Below, in pieces: positions 58,681 through 64,000 of a stretch of DNA of 64,000 nt (the stretch's first letter is position 1; every line of letters begins with the position of its first letter). A program made the position numbers and the translations under genes. Origin of the DNA: an uncultured Candidatus Saccharibacteria bacterium (GTDB lineage Bacteria; Patescibacteriota; Minisyncoccia; Phycocordibacterales; UBA918); NCBI GenBank assembly GCA_964353135.1, contig CAYGTV010000002.1, positions 1,125 through 65,124 on the forward strand, given 5' to 3'. The notes below the pieces were generated by a model. That model searched no databases, was not told the DNA's origin, and saw only the letters and a list, made by a program, of their open reading frames with translations.

Positions 58681-58990
58681 ACGCAGCAGTATACCTTGCA
58701 TTTTTTTGGAAATCGAATTATAAAGAGATAAGTTCCAACCGCAGTGCAACACGAAAGGATTCTGCACATGATCTTCTCACTGACCAGTCAAACACCCCGC
58801 GCACGCGATCAACTGCCCACCACCGTCAAACGGCCACCGACTGGTCAAAAGTCACCTCGCTCAACAAGATAACGAGCAGTCGGCCGGACCTCACATAACT
58901 GAGGCCGGCCGCTTGTCTTTTTCCAAAAATTAGGTACGATAGTGCCTACAAATATTCGTCACGGCGAATTGTTTGCAACCAACAAAATCC

Positions 58991-59063
58991 GCGCGCTTAG
59001 CTCAGTTGGTAGAGCGCTTCATTTACACTGAAGATGTCGGGAGTTCGAGTCTCTCAGCGCGCA
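58991..59063 (+). tRNA. tRNA-Val(TAC)
   Basis: Manual fold. Acceptor GCGCGCT/AGCGCGC; D arm GCTC-AGTTGGTA-GAGC; anticodon stem CTTCA/TGAAG with loop TTTACAC; T arm GGGAG-TTCGAGT-CTCTC. Confidence 0.85.
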
Positions 59064-59114
59064 CAATTCATTTCAGCTTTATTACGAAAGCTACTATCCG
59101 TTCAAGTCTCTAGG

Positions 59115-59154
59115 TAAAAAGAAAGCAGCCCTCATAAATTAATACAAGGGCTGC
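59115..59154 (-). terminator. terminator after the protease gene
   Basis: Stem gcagccct/agggctgc followed on the minus strand by TTTCTTTTTACC. Confidence 0.45.
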
Positions 59155-59165
59155 CGCGCCATCTG

Positions 59166-59870
59166 CTAAATGACTGAACCTTTCAAGAACTTGTCGATAC
59201 AACCCTGAATTTGCTTTGCTGGCAAATAGCAGAGAAAATAATTAGGTCGGTATGCTGTCAGTTTGCTGTTTCCGCCGGCAACCATCCCAATCACACGCCC
59301 CTTCTCGTCCCAAAGAGGACTCCCAGAAACACCAGGCCAACTTTGCATCGATAACCCCAAGTGTGTGACTTTCGGCATAACGCCGGTAAGTTGGCACACA
59401 TCTTCAACCTCTTCGAACTGACCGTTGAACCAGCAGAACCTTTGTCCTGTTGTTACTGAGTCATGTTCACTAATAATATGAGTGTCATCATCAGTAAAGC
59501 CGACGCTGTGACAAACATTCCTGCTGTGACGCAATCTTGTGGGTCGAATTGGTTTTTTAACTGAGAATCTGACAGGGTCAATTTTCCGATCTGTATGCAC
59601 CGCCATGAAAGCAAGGTCGAAACCCAGCTGCTTTGGAACAATGTAGTTTGTAGAAGGATCCCCTGGTGGCAACTCAGTTCCATCCGAATAAAGAAACTGA
59701 AAAGCGTATGTTGATCCATTGCCCTCTAATGCATGCGCACAGGTAGCAAAAACAGTTTTCCCATCTTTCGCAGTGGCAACTGGAAACGCAACGTGTCTTC
59801 CAGCGAATTGCGTTATTTCGCCGTTTACAACAGCAAAATTATTTAGAAGAACAAAGTTTGGTGTATTCAT
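59166..59870 (-). CDS. trypsin-like (S1) serine protease
   Basis: TCAHAL (His), GVSGSPLW (Ser) catalytic motifs. 234 aa. Confidence 0.6.
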   Translation of the reverse strand: MNTPNFVLLNNFAVVNGEITQFAGRHVAFPVATAKDGKTVFATCAHALEGNGSTYAFQFLYSDGTELPPGDPSTNYIVPKQLGFDLAFMAVHTDRKIDPVRFSVKKPIRPTRLRHSRNVCHSVGFTDDDTHIISEHDSVTTGQRFCWFNGQFEEVEDVCQLTGVMPKVTHLGLSMQSWPGVSGSPLWDEKGRVIGMVAGGNSKLTAYRPNYFLCYLPAKQIQGCIDKFLKGSVI

Positions 59871-59945
59871 CTGTCTTACTCCTATTTTCTAGCTGACATT
59901 TTTATATCACTATTTTATTGAATGTCAAACTATACTTTGCTTCAA

Positions 59946-59976
59946 AACCGTTCTAACGTCGTCCCACATGGTGCAC
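59946..59976 (+). repeat. 35-nt repeat family F2, copy 1
   Basis: aaccgttctaacgtcgtcccacatggtgcac. Copies 2 (60567..60598) and 3 (61293..61322) read tataaaagttctaacgtcgtcccacatgRtgcac. Confidence 0.6.
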
Positions 59977-60053
59977 TAGACAAAATATAATATTAGTTGT
60001 ATCATCCTACTAGGTGCGAGGATAAACCTTGCTGAACAACTGAGGAGTACTCA

Positions 60054-60503
60054 ATGGAACAAACTCGACCGGCTGTTGTTTTGGTGAACAGATGTTTCAT
60101 CATCAAACACGACAAAATGCTCGCGGTACAGCGAGCAGCCGTCGACAGCCACAACCCTTCCCTATGGGAAGCACCAGGTGGCAAACTCGATGAAGGCCAA
60201 GACCTTCATGGTGCGCTTGAGCGTGAGGTGATGGAAGAAACTGGGCTGCTCGTTCGCCCCATCGACACTATCGCTCATTTTGAGAGTAAAGTGATTGGTG
60301 GAGGTGGGCGCTATAACGGCATGCCCTATGTATCACTTTTTGGTCTGGCAACTATTATCGGTGGCCAGCTCAAGTTGAGCGATGAGCATGATGATTACAA
60401 GTGGTGCAGTTATGTTAAATTCATGCAGCTCAAGTTGTCTCCAGAAACTCAGAAGGCCGCGATCGTTCTTGAAGCTCGCTTGAAACAGAACGGTGTCAAG
60501 TAA
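60054..60503 (+). CDS. Nudix hydrolase
   Basis: GAGGAG SD. Nudix box GGKLDEGQDLHGALEREVMEETGL. Confidence 0.7.
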   Translation: MEQTRPAVVLVNRCFIIKHDKMLAVQRAAVDSHNPSLWEAPGGKLDEGQDLHGALEREVMEETGLLVRPIDTIAHFESKVIGGGGRYNGMPYVSLFGLATIIGGQLKLSDEHDDYKWCSYVKFMQLKLSPETQKAAIVLEARLKQNGVK

Positions 60504-60566
60504 TCGCCCCAATACCATGCAAAGAGGAATATATCCCTCACGCAGGTGTTGGGGTATTTTCATGTA

Positions 60567-60598
60567 TAAAAGTTCTAACGTCGTCCCACATGGTGCAC
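60567..60598 (+). repeat. F2 repeat copy 2
   Basis: Immediately after the Nudix gene. Confidence 0.6.
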
Positions 60599-60840
60599 CA
60601 GCATTAGACAAGCCAGCACCTGCCGGTTTTTCTTGTGCTTGATGAGTGTGCTGAGAGACGAGAAAAGAGCGAGTATATCGCCCGGAGCGCAGCGAGGACG
60701 ATTCGAGCGTCGGGGTCGAGTAGCACAACAGTTTGGAGTCGTCAGACGAACAAGTGTTGATGCGTAGGTGACCGAGTCTCTCAGCGTGCACAGACAAATA
60801 GAACTATCGTCAGGTAGTTCTATTTTGATATAGTATTTCT

Positions 60841-61293
60841 ATGAACCCAACCACCTACCGAAAGATCGAGACAGTAGATGAAATAGACATATTACTCGGA
60901 AAAGAGTCACAATATGATGATTTTTGTTATCGCTATGAAATGGATACTATTAATCTGCTAAAAAATAACTTCCAACTTGAAGACAGCTTATATCTCTTCG
61001 CACTACAGGACGACGAATTTGCAGGTTTCGTCTCTTGCGATACTGACTGGTGGGAGCCGAATTCTTTTTTCCTGCGAGAAATATTTGTCGATCCAGAGTA
61101 TCAAGGCAAACATATCGGTTCGACTTTAATACAAAAATGCATAGACCATGCAAAAGCTAAGAGTGGTAAAACTCTAGTAACACAAACAGCATACGAAAAT
61201 ATTCCCATGCAAAAAATATGCGAATCCTTTGGATTTATGCAATGGGAAAACCCACAATGGGCTGAAGGTATCACCTATAAACTTCATTTATAA
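60841..61293 (+). CDS. GNAT family N-acetyltransferase
   Basis: FVDPEYQGKHIGSTLI acetyl-CoA motif. 150 aa. Confidence 0.7.
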   Translation: MNPTTYRKIETVDEIDILLGKESQYDDFCYRYEMDTINLLKNNFQLEDSLYLFALQDDEFAGFVSCDTDWWEPNSFFLREIFVDPEYQGKHIGSTLIQKCIDHAKAKSGKTLVTQTAYENIPMQKICESFGFMQWENPQWAEGITYKLHL

Positions 61294-61322
61294 AAGTTCT
61301 AACGTCGTCCCACATGATGCAC
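61293..61322 (+). repeat. F2 repeat copy 3
   Basis: Begins at the GNAT stop codon. Confidence 0.6.
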
Positions 61323-61327
61323 CGGCG

Positions 61328-61690
61328 TTACCGATGGCAAACTACTTCTATATTGTGTCCATTAGGATCAGTAATAAACGCAGCGTAGTAATTAGGATGA
61401 TACATTTCACGCACCCCTGGTTTTCCATTATCAGTTCCACCCGCTGCAATCGCAGCTTCGTAAAAAGCATCCACTTGTTCCCGTGAATTAGCCTGCCAGG
61501 CAATGTGAATAATTTGTTCGCAGCCGTGGCCGTGTAGCCAGGTGTCCATTTTCTGTCCAATCCCTAACCCTGCAGCTTTCATGTCTGGAAAATCCATAAC
61601 TAACTCATAGTTAAGCGGGGCCAAAGCTGCTAGATAAAATTTCTTACTCTCTTCGATGTCATGTACATGAACTGTGGTGTGATCAATCAT
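61328..61690 (-). CDS. VOC/glyoxalase-family protein
   Basis: Two beta-alpha-beta-beta-beta modules, His/Glu metal ligands. 120 aa. Confidence 0.7.
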   Translation of the reverse strand: MIDHTTVHVHDIEESKKFYLAALAPLNYELVMDFPDMKAAGLGIGQKMDTWLHGHGCEQIIHIAWQANSREQVDAFYEAAIAAGGTDNGKPGVREMYHPNYYAAFITDPNGHNIEVVCHR

Positions 61691-61717
61691 ATTATTTTCT
61701 TAGTTTATAACTCCTAG

Positions 61718-61981
61718 TTACCGGGTAAAAATTCGAGCTACCGAAATCAATATCACTGCCCCGATAGCGGCGGTAAAGATGTCACCTAAAATTCCACCAA
61801 ACAGCGAAACTCCAAAATATCCAAACAGCCAGTTTCCAAACAGTCCACCAATAATCCCCAGAATCACACTAGAAATAAGCCCGTTTTTTGAACTAGTAAC
61901 GAGACTTGCCAATATACCAGCAACCCCACCAATCACGATCATCCATACGTATTCCATATCTAAAATATTATCTAACAACAC
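61718..61981 (-). CDS. GlsB/YeaQ/YmgE-family small membrane protein
   Basis: Gly-rich TM pattern IVIGGVAGILAS...IIGGLFGNWLFG. Confidence 0.6.
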   Translation of the reverse strand: MLLDNILDMEYVWMIVIGGVAGILASLVTSSKNGLISSVILGIIGGLFGNWLFGYFGVSLFGGILGDIFTAAIGAVILISVARIFTR

Positions 61982-62108
61982 TACTATTTATTAACTGATT
62001 ATAACGTATCCGATGCAAACTGTTCACAACTCATTTGACCAGTTGTCAAAGCGGGCGTATTTTACAAATATGCTACTACAACGTAGCGGATAGTATGGAG
62101 TAGACGTC

Positions 62109-62258
62109 ATGTCTGAACGTCAAAAAAGAGACATGGTGAATCGTGCAATTGGTGCTGTTGCGACCATTCTAGGTGAAAAAGTTTGTCACTGGAGAAGCCC
62201 TCGCCCCGCCCCATCAGATTTTCTCCCGTCAGGTCAGCTAGACAGCTGTGATATCTGA
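62109..62258 (+). CDS. small hypothetical protein (49 aa)
   Basis: GGAG SD 9 nt before the ATG. Followed by a hairpin plus T-run at ~62275..62330. Competes with the antisense track ORF 62107..62289. Confidence 0.2.
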   Translation: MSERQKRDMVNRAIGAVATILGEKVCHWRSPRPAPSDFLPSGQLDSCDI

Positions 62259-62371
62259 GCACATTCCCACAAAGAAAGCGCCCCAACATTCACATCATTA
62301 TTTTCGATTGATTGGGACGCTTTTTCTTTTACCTATTTTTTCTATAGCAAATTTCTGGTACAGTTACCCCT

Positions 62372-62446
62372 GCCCCTGTAGTTTAATGGATAAAACGAGA
62401 GGCTTCTATCCTTTTGATCCGGGTTCGATTCCTGGTGGGGGCACCA
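62372..62446 (+). tRNA. tRNA-Arg(TCT), CCA encoded
   Basis: Manual fold. Acceptor GCCCCTG/TGGGGGC (two G.U pairs); D arm GTTT-AATGGATA-AAAC; anticodon stem AGAGG/CCTTT with loop CTTCTAT; T arm CCGGG-TTCGATT-CCTGG. Confidence 0.8.
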
Positions 62447-63932
62447 ACGACGAACTGTCAGCTACATATTGCTGATATACGCTGTAAATAGGCGACAATT
62501 TAGCGGTTCCAAATCCATCATTTTTTGTATACTCTAAACTGCCTTCAAATATAGAGTTTTGGAACCGCAAGCGTTTATCAGGCTGCTTTGCCAGTTGCTG
62601 CCATGTCTTTGCAGTAGCAGTTACGGACGCCATACAGTGATTGAGACACTCTTCAAAGTTAGACGAGCTTACATCAGAACTAACCAACTGTGATTGCAGC
62701 ATATTTAACTCTTCTTCTATTTCCCTCTTTCGATCGGTGAAGTCTGATTTGCTATAAGTCCCCTCTTCAAAGTTATCAAAGACCCGTTTCTTTTTAAGTT
62801 CTAACTTTTCTAGTTTTCGTCTGACCGTCTGATTTTTTTGTTCAGCATTAGAAGTGTTTTCTTTATAGATTTCAATACAGATCTCTTTAAAAGCGTTAGC
62901 AAATTCAATAGTCGGGTTTATTTCTTCTAGGAAAGATACAAATGAGTCTTCTAGCTCTTTTTTCTTGATAGATACTGCATACGGACAGTCTTGTTTGTGA
63001 TGATGGTAGTACTGGTGTTTCTTTCCACCACGGCCAGTAGAAGCACTTCCAGTGAGCGGCTTTGTACACCAACTACATACAACCAGTCGACGTAGTGGGT
63101 ATTCAGGATTTATTTCTACACGTTTAGAACCTTTATGCTTACGACCACTTTCCTGGCACGCGAAAAATAGTTCTCTAGTGATTAAGGGTTCATGTTGACC
63201 AACCACTTCTATTCCCCACTGATCGTTCTTAATGGTTCCATAGTAAAGATGGTTATTGAGCATGTGTTGAACAGTTTGGAATCCAACCTTTTTACCAGAA
63301 GCAGACCTAAAACCGTTTTCATATAAAAGAACCGACAGACTTTTATATGTATGGATTCCTTTAGCCCATTCTTCAAAGGCAATCTTTACAAATACTGCAT
63401 CAGAACTAGGAACCATGACTCCACCCTTTTCTTCTCGTTTGTATCCTATAGGCGCACCCCACACCCATACGCCTTTTTTAAGTTTCTCCTTCATTCCATT
63501 AACACTTCGTTCAGTACGAATACTATTATCAAATTCAGCAAATGAGGAGAGTATATTTTCCATCAAACGACCAGAGGAAGTGCTATCAATAGGTTCGGTT
63601 ACAGAACGTAGTTCAACGCCGTATTGTTTTAGTTTAGTACGAACGGCAACGTGATCATCTTGGTTGCGAGCAAAGCGATCTAGTTTATATACAAGGAAAT
63701 AGTTTATTTTGTTTTTCTTTTGAGCACAGAATGAAATAGCTTTCAAAAATTGGGGACGATCAGCAGTTTTAGCCGACTCACCACGATCAACATACACTTC
63801 AGACACTTCAATTCCCTGACGCTCTGCGTATTCACGACACATTCGTTCTTGAGATTCTAGACTAGTACCTTCTACTTGTTCTAGTGAAGAAACGCGACAG
63901 TATATTACTCCTTTACTCATTGTTTGTATCAT
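62406..63932 (-). CDS. large serine recombinase (resolvase/invertase N-domain plus recombinase domain plus zinc ribbon)
   Basis: N-terminal VIYCRVSSLEQ catalytic-Ser motif, recombinase domain, CSWC...C zinc ribbon, coiled-coil. The 3' end overlaps the 3' half of tRNA-Arg by ~40 nt. Confidence 0.8.
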   Translation of the reverse strand: MIQTMSKGVIYCRVSSLEQVEGTSLESQERMCREYAERQGIEVSEVYVDRGESAKTADRPQFLKAISFCAQKKNKINYFLVYKLDRFARNQDDHVAVRTKLKQYGVELRSVTEPIDSTSSGRLMENILSSFAEFDNSIRTERSVNGMKEKLKKGVWVWGAPIGYKREEKGGVMVPSSDAVFVKIAFEEWAKGIHTYKSLSVLLYENGFRSASGKKVGFQTVQHMLNNHLYYGTIKNDQWGIEVVGQHEPLITRELFFACQESGRKHKGSKRVEINPEYPLRRLVVCSWCTKPLTGSASTGRGGKKHQYYHHHKQDCPYAVSIKKKELEDSFVSFLEEINPTIEFANAFKEICIEIYKENTSNAEQKNQTVRRKLEKLELKKKRVFDNFEEGTYSKSDFTDRKREIEEELNMLQSQLVSSDVSSSNFEECLNHCMASVTATAKTWQQLAKQPDKRLRFQNSIFEGSLEYTKNDGFGTAKLSPIYSVYQQYVADSSSLVPPPGIEPGSKG

Positions 63933-64000
63933 ACATTTCTAAGAATCAGCGTCTATAGGTTCGGACCCCAATGCGAATTTGGAATCATTTCTATCTTGGT

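Larger units (their letters stand above)
59064..60790. mobile_element. ~1.7-kb integrase-less islet at tRNA-Val, bounded by a direct repeat of the tRNA-Val 3' end
   Basis: attR-like cgagtctctcagcgtgcaca (60771..60790) matches the tRNA-Val 3' end 19/20. Cargo is a trypsin-like protease and a Nudix hydrolase. Confidence 0.45.
62372..64000. mobile_element. left end of an integrative element at tRNA-Arg (continues past the window edge)
   Basis: Recombinase gene abuts and overlaps the tRNA. 11-bp inverted repeat gcggttccaaa/tttggaaccgc at 62497..62567 inside its 3' end. Confidence 0.4.

Noticed and set aside
62107-62289. Track ORF 62107..62289 (-)
   Set aside because: It has no SD. The plus-strand 49-aa ORF at 62109..62258 has a GGAG SD and a downstream terminator, and is itself only low confidence.

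Overview
The window is a 64-kb bacterial chromosomal segment. Gene content and architecture suggest a small-genome lineage, possibly Patescibacteria/CPR-like, but that is inference only. All calls are motif-level readings of the supplied ORF translations and of the raw sequence on both strands; no database search or RNA-folding tool was run.

The first ~29.7 kb is a dense, mostly minus-strand housekeeping core. It holds MetRS, GlyRS, IleRS, ArgRS, RecO and SHMT. It also holds a tight dNTP/thymidylate gene cluster: an HD hydrolase, a MazG-like protein, Tmk, a long ThyX-like protein, a Nudix hydrolase, a PF06559-type dCTP deaminase and a CofE-like ligase. The same block carries secE-nusG-rplK, a class I ribonucleotide reductase in which the ATP-cone sits on NrdB rather than NrdA, and mscL.

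At 29.7 kb a tRNA-His(GUG) gene marks the start of a ~14.6-kb accessory array (about 29.8-44.4 kb). It consists of at least eight small cassettes of 1.2-3.3 kb, and none encodes an integrase. The cassettes are separated by imperfect direct repeats of the tRNA-His 3' end, by three ~90%-identical 117-nt repeat units (R1-R3, plus degenerate copies), and by recurring junction modules. Cassette cargo includes regulators, an ECF sigma/anti-sigma pair, GNAT, RdgB, a C45 peptidase, a NADAR-like protein and an SDR/membrane block. This tandem array is the best candidate for a new system in the window.

The remainder carries a GH3 hydrolase, an MBL hydrolase, a DUF305 protein, a photolyase-family cluster with DUF2256 and DUF2805, DUF389, an IMPase, rplS with a low-complexity tail, RluA, UppS and an acylphosphatase. 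It also carries tRNA-Leu(GAG) on the minus strand and tRNA-Val(UAC) with a second small integrase-less islet bounded by a tRNA-Val 3'-end repeat and a 35-nt repeat family. At the right edge sits tRNA-Arg(UCU), overlapped at its 3' half by a large serine recombinase gene whose element runs past the window end.

Two unusual protein architectures stand out: IleRS with an in-frame histidine-phosphatase (PGAM-like) domain insertion, and a roughly double-length ThyX-like protein.
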